A stretch of 64,000 nt of DNA from Candidatus Binatia bacterium (GCA_035495855.1 DATJFD010000002.1:13365-77364), one strand, 5' to 3'. Positions 38,123-46,565 are shown, numbered from the stretch's first letter. The notes: generated by a model from the sequence alone, not told the origin. Numbers and translations are program-made.

Positions 38123-39288
38123 GCGCGGAACCCGGCATCAAAAGGAACTTCCTCATCGGCGCCGCCGCGGCCGCCGTGCTCGTCATCATGGCGGCGGTCG
38201 TGAACCTGCGCCTCCAGGGCCTGCAGATGCCGCTGGGGGAGCTCGCGAACATGAACGCGCCCGCCTTCGGCACGCCCGACCAGCTCACGAAGCGCGTGAT
38301 GGACGCGGGAGGCGCGGAGGCCAAGGTGCTGCCCGTGCTCGCGCAGGCGATGCCCGAGTTCAAGGGCATCAAGGCCTGGATCAACTCCGGCCCGCTCACG
38401 CCCGCGGACCTCAAGGGCAAGGTCGTCCTCGTCGATTTCTGGACCTACTCCTGCATCAACTGCATCCGTTCGCTGCCGTACGTCACGTCGTGGCACGAGA
38501 AGTACAAGGACAAAGGCTTCACGGTCATCGGCGTGCACACGCCGGAGTTCGCTTTCGAGAAGATAGAGAGCAACGTGCGCGACGCCGTCGCCCGCAACAA
38601 GATCACGTACCCCGTGGCGATGGACAACGACTACGGCACCTGGAACGCCTACGGGAATCAGTATTGGCCGGCGCATTATCTCTTCGACGTTGACGGCCGG
38701 CTGCGGCACGTCCATTTCGGCGAAGGCGAATACGACGAGACCGAGCGCGACATCCAGCTGCTGCTCGAAGAGGCCGGCAAGAAGGTCGGCGGCGGCATGA
38801 CCGAAGTGCCGAGCACCACCGACTTCTCGCGGATCGGGACGCCGGAGACGTACGTCGGCTATGGCCGCGGGGACCTGTTCGGCAGCCCCGAGGCGCTGAA
38901 AAAGGACGAGCCGCAGAACTACGTCGCGCCGCCGGACCCGCCGGAAGGGAGCTTCTATCTCTTCGGGACCTGGCGGGTCGAGGAGGAACGCGCCGTGTTC
39001 GTCGGCGACACGGGCGGGATCGCGTATCGCTACCAGGCGTCGAACGCCAACCTCGTGATGGGCGCGCCGGGCGGCAAGGTGCGCGCCGAAGTGACCCTCG
39101 ACGGCGCGCCGGTTCCTGCCGGGCTGCGCGGCGCGGACGTCTTCGAGGTCGATGGCAGGACGTACGTCGACGTCTCGGGCCAGCGCCTCTACAGCCTCAT
39201 CGACGCGCAGGGCGACTACGACAGCCGCACGCTGCGCATCAAGTTCCTCGCGCCCCGCGTCGAGGCCTACGCCTTCACGTTCGGCTAG
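38119..39288 (+). CDS. membrane-anchored thioredoxin-like (TlpA/ResA fold) protein with DipZ-like C-terminal domain
   Basis: Its ATGA overlaps the ccdA stop. Contains VLVDFWTYSCINCIRSLP (CxxC). Confidence 0.8.
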   Translation: MSAEPGIKRNFLIGAAAAAVLVIMAAVVNLRLQGLQMPLGELANMNAPAFGTPDQLTKRVMDAGGAEAKVLPVLAQAMPEFKGIKAWINSGPLTPADLKGKVVLVDFWTYSCINCIRSLPYVTSWHEKYKDKGFTVIGVHTPEFAFEKIESNVRDAVARNKITYPVAMDNDYGTWNAYGNQYWPAHYLFDVDGRLRHVHFGEGEYDETERDIQLLLEEAGKKVGGGMTEVPSTTDFSRIGTPETYVGYGRGDLFGSPEALKKDEPQNYVAPPDPPEGSFYLFGTWRVEEERAVFVGDTGGIAYRYQASNANLVMGAPGGKVRAEVTLDGAPVPAGLRGADVFEVDGRTYVDVSGQRLYSLIDAQGDYDSRTLRIKFLAPRVEAYAFTFG

Positions 39289-39346
39289 CCGCGACGAAAA
39301 GAAAAACGCGGCTTCGGCCGCGTTTTGAGTTTCTCGCGTCTTTGAA

Positions 39347-39378
39347 CCTCGGAGCTCGAAGCTTGGCGCTCGAAGCTC
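39347..39378 (+). repeat. GCTCRAA-type heptamer array
   Basis: CGGAGCTC GAAGCTT GGCGCTC GAAGCTC. Confidence 0.6.
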
Positions 39379-39721
39379 ACCCGCGCAGATCGATCACCTC
39401 GACCTTGGCCGGGTCGTACGTGACCTCCGCCAATGTCGCGAAGAAGTCGAGCGCGGCGGTGATTGCCGTTCGCACGCGTTCCGGAGCGTCGGGGAGCTCG
39501 CAGCGCTGGCAGCCGAGGCGGCCGGGCTCCTTCTCCTCGATGGTCACATGGACCTTGCCGCCGGTGCGCATCGCTTCCGCGATCGCGCCCGCGTAGTCCC
39601 GCCAGCGCGGATATTCGGGGTTGAGCGGCGCGCCCGGCTGTTCGAGCAGCGCCCTGCCGAGTTCGAGCATCCCGAGCTCGACGATGACGTTGTGCCTGCC
39701 TTCTTGTCCGTAGAAGAACAT
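39377..39721 (-). CDS. hypothetical protein
   Basis: 114 aa starting at MFFYGQEG, with AAGGA upstream. Confidence 0.45.
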   Translation of the reverse strand: MFFYGQEGRHNVIVELGMLELGRALLEQPGAPLNPEYPRWRDYAGAIAEAMRTGGKVHVTIEEKEPGRLGCQRCELPDAPERVRTAITAALDFFATLAEVTYDPAKVEVIDLRG

Positions 39722-39832
39722 CGTCCGTCCTTGTCCGCATGCAGAAAACAAAAGACCTCCTCATGGTGTACCGCGCCGTTCGAAAAAAGAAAAATCCGCC
39801 GCGGGGGCGGATCGCAGGGAAGGTGACGGCGC

Positions 39833-40519
39833 TCATGGCGCCCGTTCGGCCGGGTCGCACAGGAACTCGGCGACCGTCGTGACGAGGCGCTGGGCGCCGG
39901 CGGCCCGGAGCCGCGCGTCGCTCACCGTGCCGCGGACGCCGATGGCGTACAGGCCGTTCGTCCGCGCGATCTCCATGTCGGTCTCGCCGTCCCCGCAGAA
40001 GAACGCCTTGGCGGCGAACTCGGCGAGGTCCTTGCGCGCGACCTCCGAGAAGATCTCGAGGTGGCGGCGGCCCTTGGGGACCGCCGTGGAGCCGTACGCG
40101 AGCGTGAAGTGCTTCGTGGCGCCGCCGGCATTGAGGCGCTTCCAGACGCAGGCGTCGGAGGCCGCGCTCGAGAGGAACAGCGTCAGGCCTTTGCGGCGCA
40201 GCCGCGCGAGCATGCGCCGCGCGTGCGGGAAGAACCGGACGTCGAGCTTCAGGAAGGCGGCGTCGAAGTCCTTGCGTACGCGCTCGATCTCCTCGTCCCG
40301 GAGCGCGATGCCGTGGGCGGCGAGCACGCCGCGGTACTGTTCGCGCATGGGCATGCCGGTCGTCTCGGCGTAATAGCGTTCGGCGTCCGCGCGCGGCACG
40401 CCGTAGGGAGCGACCGCGTCGGCGAAAAGGCCGGCGCAGTACGGGAGCGTGTCGACGAGCGTGCCGTCATTGTCGAAAACGCCGTACTCGAACGAGAGAA
40501 CGCTGCGGGAATGGCGCAT
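39833..40519 (-). CDS. HAD superfamily hydrolase (phosphatase)
   Basis: FDNDGTLVDT motif I and the downstream GDGETD motif. Confidence 0.8.
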   Translation of the reverse strand: MRHSRSVLSFEYGVFDNDGTLVDTLPYCAGLFADAVAPYGVPRADAERYYAETTGMPMREQYRGVLAAHGIALRDEEIERVRKDFDAAFLKLDVRFFPHARRMLARLRRKGLTLFLSSAASDACVWKRLNAGGATKHFTLAYGSTAVPKGRRHLEIFSEVARKDLAEFAAKAFFCGDGETDMEIARTNGLYAIGVRGTVSDARLRAAGAQRLVTTVAEFLCDPAERAP

Positions 40520-40607
40520 CGGCGCCTCCTTCGTCGTCGAAAGAAAAAGGACGAGCCTTGAACTTACCGCGGCCGCGCAGCGAGGTCAAAAAGATCAAAG
40601 CATGCAC

Positions 40608-40821
40608 CATCGAAGCCGAGATCAGAGATCCTGCGAGAAATCCGGCCCATCCGTGTCCAGCCGAAGCAGCGTTCTCGAGGCCGGATTTCCATCGTTCATA
40701 GAATGCCCGGCGTCGGTCAGAGAACCGCGGGTGGCGGGGGCAACGGGGACCCCGGCAGCGCGCAGGGCCGGGCCCGAGCACTGACGGGGTGGTTGCCCCC
40801 GACAGGACCCGCGGGCCTCAT
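40608..40821 (+). repeat. structured repeat family, copy C
   Basis: CATCGAAGCCGAGATCAGAGATCCTGCGAGAAATCCGGCC, then a loop, GGCCGGATTTCC ... ACCGCGGGTGGCGGGGGCAAC ... GTTGCCCCCGACAGGACCCGCGGG. Confidence 0.8.
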
Positions 40822-40862
40822 GCATTGAAAAACCGCCCGGTAAAGGGCGGTTTTCCCGATCC

Positions 40863-41756
40863 CTACTGCGCCAGCGCGCAGGTCCCGTTGTCGTCGTAGC
40901 AGGCGTAAGGGATCCCCGGCTGGTCCTTCGGCGGGTTGTACGGCTCCCAGCCCGGCGCCGGGTCCTTGCAGACCTTGGTGCCGCAGCCGAAGCAGTCGAC
41001 CTTCCCAGAAGCCTTGTCGCGCATCAGCGTGCAGCTCGATTTCGCGGAAGGAGGCGGGGGAGGCGACTTCTCCGTCGTGCACCGCACCTGCGCCGGATAG
41101 CTCTCCATGATGACGCATTGGCCGTCGGGGCAGCCGGCCGCGAGGCATTCCTTGCCCGCGGGCACGCAGAACGTGCCGTTCTTGTTCGGCAGCTGCGCGC
41201 AGGTCTGGCCCGCCTGGCAGGGGTTCGTGAGACCGCAGGCCTGGGTCGGCATGCGCGGCTCGACCGTCAGCTCGTAGCAGTAGCGCCCCGCCGGATGGTT
41301 CCAGTCGCGGTAGCCGGGCGCGACGCCGCCGATCATAGGCTTCGTCGGCACCGGCGCGGCCTGCGGGCGGCCGTACTGGTCCGTCTGCTGGGTGACGTCG
41401 TCGAAGGTCGCGCAGAGTTCGTACGTGTCGCCGTCCGTCGTCCGGTATTCGTACGGCGCGCGCGTCGCCGGGTCGACGATCGACGGGACGTAGTTGTCCT
41501 GTTTGTTCGCGGCGAGCTCCTCGAGCGACGACGGGAGATGGCCGTCGCGGTAATACGCGTTGTCGACCGCGTTCGCGATCTGCTGCAGTTCGTTCACGCG
41601 TTGCTCGTCGAAGCGGCGCTCGCGTTCCTTGGAAGGGGAGCCGGCGACGTACAGGCCGACGGCGATGACGGCCGCCACCATGGCGACGACCGCGGCGGTG
41701 AACACCTTCAAGCCGGCGCGCCTTTGTCCTTTGTTCTCTGTTCTTTGTTCTTTCAT
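40863..41756 (-). CDS. membrane-anchored exported protein with pilin-like N-terminal region and Cys-rich C-terminal domain
   Basis: TM helix followed by RRFDEQRVNELQQIANAVDNAYYRDGHLP (a pattern seen in pilin-like proteins). The C-terminal half has about 18 Cys. The first 12 codons are built from heptamer-repeat words. Confidence 0.55.
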   Translation of the reverse strand: MKEQRTENKGQRRAGLKVFTAAVVAMVAAVIAVGLYVAGSPSKERERRFDEQRVNELQQIANAVDNAYYRDGHLPSSLEELAANKQDNYVPSIVDPATRAPYEYRTTDGDTYELCATFDDVTQQTDQYGRPQAAPVPTKPMIGGVAPGYRDWNHPAGRYCYELTVEPRMPTQACGLTNPCQAGQTCAQLPNKNGTFCVPAGKECLAAGCPDGQCVIMESYPAQVRCTTEKSPPPPPSAKSSCTLMRDKASGKVDCFGCGTKVCKDPAPGWEPYNPPKDQPGIPYACYDDNGTCALAQ

Positions 41757-41757
41757 A

Positions 41758-42393
41758 TCAGCCTTCCTTCTCCTCCTGGCGCAGGTCCCAGAGGTAGTAT
41801 CCGAAGATCAGGCCGGCGATGAGCAGCACGGTCAGCACTTTGAGGGTGAAGCGCAGCGTGAGCTCGCCGCCGAGGAGGTTGAAGAGCAGCGTGATGAGGT
41901 CGCCGATGATCACGCCCGCGGTGATGAAGAGCGTGATGTACGTCAGCCACTTGCGGATCTTCGAGGCCTTCTTCTCCGAATCCTTGCGGATGGCGCCGGC
42001 GACGAGCGACGACAGCCACAGGTACACCGGGAAGGCGACGATGAGCGACGCGACCGACATGCGCACGGACGAGAGGTCGTATGACGCATACGGCTGGAGC
42101 GCGTCGGGGATCCAGCGGTTGATGAAGTGGAACAGCAGCGTGCCGAAGGCGAACGCGCTGATGTACAGGCAGAGGAAGAGCAGCAGGTACATGAAGGCCT
42201 CCCTCGCCGAGAGGTATGGCTTGCGCTTGGGCACGGGGATGGCGAACGGGACGTCGGCGAAAAGGCCGAGCGCCGCGTTGATCTCGTCGTCCTGCCAGCC
42301 CGCCTTGCGCAGCGCCGCCTGGACCTCGGGCTTGGGGATGCCGCGGGTCAGCGCCTCTTTCACGAACGCATTGATGTCGTAGTGCATATGCAA
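41758..42393 (-). CDS. DUF5671-like polytopic membrane protein
   Basis: N-terminal soluble segment (GIPKPEVQAALRKAGWQDDEINAAL) followed by 4-5 TM helices. Confidence 0.55.
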   Translation of the reverse strand: MHMHYDINAFVKEALTRGIPKPEVQAALRKAGWQDDEINAALGLFADVPFAIPVPKRKPYLSAREAFMYLLLFLCLYISAFAFGTLLFHFINRWIPDALQPYASYDLSSVRMSVASLIVAFPVYLWLSSLVAGAIRKDSEKKASKIRKWLTYITLFITAGVIIGDLITLLFNLLGGELTLRFTLKVLTVLLIAGLIFGYYLWDLRQEEKEG

Positions 42394-42514
42394 ACACTAT
42401 AAAGGAAAACCCGGCCCGCCGGAAGCGCGGCGCGATATCCACCGAAGGGTTTGCTTCTTAGACGGTGCGGCGGTAGAACGATATGAAGTTCTTTCAATAG
42501 AGAAGGAGGCGAGC

Positions 42515-43135
42515 ATGCGCATGTTCCGCCCCGGCATCGCCGCGACCTTGGCCGTCCCCAAAGGCGACGGGCCGCTCATCGGCCGCTTCATGCGGGACGC
42601 CGAACCGCTGTTCCGCATCGCGGAATCCGGCTCGTACCCGCTGGCGGAAGGGGAGCGCCTCAACGATGCGAACGTCGCGGTCGCCATCGCGTCCGCTACG
42701 CTCGCGCCCGCGCACGGCATCATGCCGATCTCTTCCGCGAACGAGGCCGTGCCGCCGGACTGGAGGTTCGAGCGGCATTACCGCACGTTCCTCTCGCACG
42801 CGCTCCGGCAGAACCGACGGGACGCGTTCGACGCCGCGCACGGCCCGGGCACGCTCGCCGCGCTCGTCGATCCGCTGTGGAAGGACTTCGGCGCCGCGTA
42901 CGTCGCCGCGCTGCAAAGCACGCACGAGGAGTTCCTCGGTCAGTTCGACATGGCCATGGCGAGCGACATCGCCTTCGGCCCCCTCGTCGCAGCGACCTAT
43001 GCCGCCGGCTTCGCCGCCTGCGGCGATGCGCAAGGCTACGCGGCCATGCGCGGCCTGCTGAAGCTCCTTCCCTGGGCCGTGCCCGTGGGCATGCCCGAAG
43101 GCGCGGGCCGCAAGTGGCTCGTGCTGGTCTCCTGA
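42515..43135 (+). CDS. hypothetical protein, paralog family member 2
   Basis: GAAGGAGG lies upstream. Contains AEPLFRIAESGSYPLAEG ... LLKLLPWAVPVG...KWLVLVS. Confidence 0.6.
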   Translation: MRMFRPGIAATLAVPKGDGPLIGRFMRDAEPLFRIAESGSYPLAEGERLNDANVAVAIASATLAPAHGIMPISSANEAVPPDWRFERHYRTFLSHALRQNRRDAFDAAHGPGTLAALVDPLWKDFGAAYVAALQSTHEEFLGQFDMAMASDIAFGPLVAATYAAGFAACGDAQGYAAMRGLLKLLPWAVPVGMPEGAGRKWLVLVS

Positions 43136-43175
43136 AACCCGAACCGTCCCGAAGACGAAGAATAGGAGGTCTGTC

Positions 43176-43817
43176 ATGTTCAGTGACAGGTCGACGCTCC
43201 ATCATTTCCTTCTGGAACGCGGCAAAGGTGAACGAGGCCGCGTCCGCGCCGACCTGGCGCTTCTCGAACCGTTCTTCCGCAAGGCGGACGCTGCCGAGTA
43301 CGACGTCTCGCACGCATCCCGCGTCGAGCCGCAGAAGGCCGCCGAGGCCATCGCCGAAGCGACGGGCGCGGACATCGAACGCGTCGACTTCCTGTCGCTG
43401 CGTACCGGTCCTTCGCCGCTCCGGGGAGATGCCGCCGTCGCCTTCTGGGAATCGCAGGTGCGCGAGCTCTCCGCCGACGTGAAGAGCCTGCTCTGGCGGC
43501 GCAACACCGGCGCCATGGAGGAAGGGTTCGGGGGCGAGAAGAACGTCCTCGAGTTCCACGACCTCATCTGGCAGACGATCGGCGAGCCGCTCTGGCACAG
43601 CTTCGAACAGAACCGCTGGGAATCCACCGGCCACAAGCTGCGGCTCATCGTTCGCGCCAACCTGCTCGAGGCCGTGAAGCAGTTCTCCGCCTTCATGCTC
43701 CTCGGCGCCGAGGAACGGCTCGTCTCGCTCCGTCCGCTCATGCGGCTCATGGCCGAGGCCATGCCCATTGGCGCGCGTAACGGCAACGACGCCGTCTGGG
43801 CGTGCATCACCGCGTAG
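43176..43817 (+). CDS. hypothetical protein, paralog family member 3
   Basis: AGGAGG lies upstream. Contains LEPFFRKADAAEYDV ... LRPLMRLMAEAMPIG...VWACITA. Confidence 0.6.
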   Translation: MFSDRSTLHHFLLERGKGERGRVRADLALLEPFFRKADAAEYDVSHASRVEPQKAAEAIAEATGADIERVDFLSLRTGPSPLRGDAAVAFWESQVRELSADVKSLLWRRNTGAMEEGFGGEKNVLEFHDLIWQTIGEPLWHSFEQNRWESTGHKLRLIVRANLLEAVKQFSAFMLLGAEERLVSLRPLMRLMAEAMPIGARNGNDAVWACITA

Positions 43818-43896
43818 TTCGTTCCTCAGAAGCCCCTCGTCGCGAGGGGCTTTTTCTTTGCGCGGCGGCGCCTCGTCTCTGCTATACTGCATTTTT

Positions 43897-45402
43897 ATGG
43901 AGACATCATCACCGTGGTCCGGCGGCGCGCCCGCCGGTCCCGCATTCCCTGCGCTCGAAGGCGTCGTCCGCGCCGACGTCGCCGTCGTCGGCGGCGGCAT
44001 CACCGGTATCACCGCCGCGTACCTGCTCGCCAAGGCCGGCAAGAAGGTCGTGCTCGTCGAGAAGGACAAGCTGCTCTCGGGCGAGACCGGCTTTACCACC
44101 GCCTTCCTGACGTACGTGCCGGACGTGCGTCTCACGAAGATGCGCGCAGCCTTCGGCGACGACGCCGCCAAGCGCGTCTGTCTCGCGGGAGCTGAAGCGA
44201 TCGACGCCATCGAGCGCATCGCCCGCGAAGAGGGGATCGAGTGCGGCTTCCGCCGCTGCGACGCGACGATCTACGCGACCGACGCGGCCGGACTCCGCGT
44301 CCTCGCCGAAGAACGCGACGTCGCCGTCGGCTGGGGCCTCCCCATGGCGCTCCACGAAGGCGCGTTCGCCGTGCCGGCAGCGGGCCGCCTCGTCGTGCCT
44401 GGACAGGCGAAGTTCGACCCACGCAAATTCCTCCTCGGCCTGGCGGAGAAGGCCGTTGCCCGCGGCGCGGTCATCCACGAGGACGCTCCGGTCACCGGCT
44501 TCGAAGGAAAGGGGACCGTCGTGACGCGCGGCGGCCGCATCGAGGCGGACGAGGTCATCGTCGCCACGCATTCGCCGATCGACGATCCGATGGAGATCCC
44601 CACGCGCCTGTTGACCTTCCAGACCTATGTCATTGAGGCGCTGTTGCCGAAGGGCGTGCTGCCTGAAGGCATCTATTGGGACACCGCCGTGCCGTATCAT
44701 TTTTTCCGGGTCGATGCGGGCGCTGACCGCGATCGCGTACTGTTCGGCGGCGAGGACCGCGAGGCCGGCACCGAGACCGACGCAGCGCCGCATCACGAGG
44801 CGCTGAAGGGCGAGCTCGCGCGGCTCCTGCCCGGCGTCGCCGTCGAGCACGTCCGCGCCTGGGGAGGGCAGATCATGCACAGCTGCGACGGACTGCCGTA
44901 CGTCGGACGTTCGAAGAAGAACATGCGGCATCTCGTCGCCAGCGGCTACGGCGGCAACGGCATGACCTTCGGCACCATCGCCGCCGGCGTCATGACGGAC
45001 CTCGTGCTCGGCCGCGAGAACGCGATGGCCGCCATCCTTTCTCCCTCGCGCCGCGACCCTCTCGGCCCGACCGTCGGACGTTTCATCAAGATGCTCGAAA
45101 AATATTTCGGCGGGTTCCTGCGCGGCGCGCTGCCGTCGGAGGTCGCGGCGATCCCCGCGGGTTCGGGCGACGTCATTCGTCTCCGTGGCCGCCGCGTCGC
45201 CGTGCACAGGACGAAGGAGGGGAAGGTGATGGCCGTTTCGCCCGTCTGCACGCACCTCGGCTGTACCGTGCGCTGGAACCAGGCGAGGACGAGCTGGGAT
45301 TGCCCGTGCCACGGGAGCCGCTTCGACGTCGACGGCAAAGTGCTGAACGGTCCGGCCACGGAACCGCTCGCGTCCGTCCCGATCGACGGCGCGAAGAAGT
45401 GA
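43897..45402 (+). CDS. FAD-dependent oxidoreductase fused to a C-terminal Rieske [2Fe-2S] domain
   Basis: VAVVGGGITGITAAYLLAKAG dinucleotide fold and CTHLGC...CPCHGSRF Rieske motif. Confidence 0.8.
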   Translation: METSSPWSGGAPAGPAFPALEGVVRADVAVVGGGITGITAAYLLAKAGKKVVLVEKDKLLSGETGFTTAFLTYVPDVRLTKMRAAFGDDAAKRVCLAGAEAIDAIERIAREEGIECGFRRCDATIYATDAAGLRVLAEERDVAVGWGLPMALHEGAFAVPAAGRLVVPGQAKFDPRKFLLGLAEKAVARGAVIHEDAPVTGFEGKGTVVTRGGRIEADEVIVATHSPIDDPMEIPTRLLTFQTYVIEALLPKGVLPEGIYWDTAVPYHFFRVDAGADRDRVLFGGEDREAGTETDAAPHHEALKGELARLLPGVAVEHVRAWGGQIMHSCDGLPYVGRSKKNMRHLVASGYGGNGMTFGTIAAGVMTDLVLGRENAMAAILSPSRRDPLGPTVGRFIKMLEKYFGGFLRGALPSEVAAIPAGSGDVIRLRGRRVAVHRTKEGKVMAVSPVCTHLGCTVRWNQARTSWDCPCHGSRFDVDGKVLNGPATEPLASVPIDGAKK

Positions 45403-45440
45403 ACGATGAAAAAAGCGCTTCGCATCGCGAAACGCTTTTT

Positions 45441-45494
45441 TTGTCGGGGCGACACGCGGGAAACCTGCGGCCCCTCGGTCCAGGACCGAGCGCA
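45441..45494 (-). pseudogene. degenerate relic of the tRNA-Pro 3' half
   Basis: About 75% identity by eye to 46144-46200 / 46351-46407 (GTCGGGGCGACA..AACCTGCGGCC.CTCGGTCC..GACCGAGCGCA). The T-loop is destroyed. Confidence 0.55.
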
Positions 45495-45513
45495 GCCGGC
45501 GGTCTTTTAACGG

Positions 45514-46047
45514 TCACTTTTTCCCGAACATCCTTTTCCACCAGGGCAACTTCGGCGGCGGCACGGGCTGCTTTTCCCTGCCGATGCCGACCTTGCGGTC
45601 GGCCGCGGTCCGCCGTTCCTCCGGCACGCCGCTCCTGATGTCGCGGATCCTGCGGCGCACCGCTTCCCGTTCCTGCCCGAGCGCATCGAGCCGCGCCGAC
45701 TCGTTCCGCAGCGCGGCATCGGACAAGGTTCCCGACCCGATGTTCATCCTGATGGCGTCGGCGATCTCGTCGATCTCTTCCACGTCGGCGGAAAGGCTCT
45801 CGATCTCCTGGAGGTCCTCTTCGGACAGATCGAAGTTCCGCGTCGCCTCGATGGCCGCGCGGGCCTCCGCGATGCGTTTGATCCGCTCGCGATGCTCGGC
45901 CTCGGCCGAAGCGTCCTTTTCCTCGGCGGAAAGCGAGGGGCGGCCGTCGGGTCGCTCCGGCGCGTCCGGCATCATTTCCTGTCCCGCGTCCCGCGGACCC
46001 TCCGGTCCGGGGGCGCCTTCTCGTTCGCGCATGGTCGTATCGTTCAT
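45514..46047 (-). CDS. acidic coiled-coil-like hypothetical protein
   Basis: The start is uncertain, with several in-frame ATGs up to 46125. No family recognised. Confidence 0.4.
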   Translation of the reverse strand: MNDTTMREREGAPGPEGPRDAGQEMMPDAPERPDGRPSLSAEEKDASAEAEHRERIKRIAEARAAIEATRNFDLSEEDLQEIESLSADVEEIDEIADAIRMNIGSGTLSDAALRNESARLDALGQEREAVRRRIRDIRSGVPEERRTAADRKVGIGREKQPVPPPKLPWWKRMFGKK

Positions 46048-46143
46048 TGGCCCATGATGCATCTGTAGCAGAAATTTCGGCCGCCCACTACTTCTCCGCG
46101 GACCCCCGTACATAAAATTCCCCACCGGGTGAGGAATTTTTTC

Positions 46144-46306
46144 TGGTCGGGGCGACAGGGATTGAACCTGCGGCCTCTCGGTCCCGAACCGAGCGCACTA
46201 CGGCGTGGTCGGATCGCATTGCGATCCGACATTGCGAGGCGCGCCTAAGGGCGCTTCTTCTCGACGCAAGCCGCATGGCCGCGGCTTACCACTGTGCTAC
46301 CGCCCG
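46144..46306 (-). pseudogene. tRNA-Pro(CGG) copy interrupted in the D-arm by an 88-nt structured insert
   Basis: The 3' 57 nt are identical to the intact copy. The 5' part CGGGCGGTAGCACAGTGGTA resumes after the insert (46201-46288). The acceptor 5' strand has 2 mismatches to its partner. Confidence 0.6.
46201..46288 (-). repeat. three-hairpin insert element, copy 1 (inside tRNA-Pro)
   Basis: On the minus strand it reads AAGCCGCGGCCATGCGGCTT..GCGCCCTTAGGCGCGC..GTCGGATCGCAATGCGATCCGAC. Confidence 0.6.
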
Positions 46307-46350
46307 ACGATCGGAAAACAAAAACGTCCGGCTTCACCGGACGTCTTTGA

Positions 46351-46425
46351 TGGTCGGGGCGACAGGGATTGAACCTGCGGCCTCTCGGTCCCGAACCGAG
46401 CGCACTACCACTGTGCTACGCCCCG
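46351..46425 (-). tRNA. tRNA-Pro (anticodon CGG), CCA encoded
   Basis: Manual cloverleaf: acceptor CGGGGCG/CGCCCCG, anticodon loop TTCGGGA, T-loop TTCAATC. 75 nt. Confidence 0.85.
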
Positions 46426-46510
46426 AGGGTTGCGAAGCAAACCTCATTCAGATGCGCACCTAAGGGTGCCACATCTCGGCGCAAGACGCACGGCCGCGTC
46501 TTACGCCCCG
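46426..46510 (-). repeat. three-hairpin element, copy 2, directly 5' of the intact tRNA-Pro and followed by a 9-nt duplicate of the tRNA 5' end
   Basis: On the minus strand it reads CGGGGCGTA, then AAGACGCGGCCGTGCGTCTT..GCACCCTTAGGTGCGC..GAGGTTTGCTTCGCAACCCTC, then CGGGGCGTAGC (the tRNA). Confidence 0.6.
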
Positions 46511-46517
46511 TTATTTT

Positions 46518-46565
46518 AGCTTCGAGCGCCGAGCTTCGAGCTTGAAGCTCGGAGCTTGGCGCTTT
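46518..46565. repeat. inverted pair of GCTCGAA-type heptamer arrays
   Basis: AGCTTCGAGCGCCGAGCTTCGAGCTT / GAAGCTCGGAGCTTGGCGCT. Confidence 0.6.

Noticed and set aside
36523-39288. 921-aa plus-strand ORF.
   Set aside because: Only the last 390 codons (from ATG 38119) make sense, as a thioredoxin/DipZ-like protein. The upstream part is an off-frame read-through across VKOR, the structured repeat and ccdA.
45441-46510. tRNA-Pro region considered as an active integrative element or prophage.
   Set aside because: No integrase, excisionase or phage genes are present, and the enclosed DNA is under 1 kb. Only a decayed scar or small non-autonomous insert is supportable.
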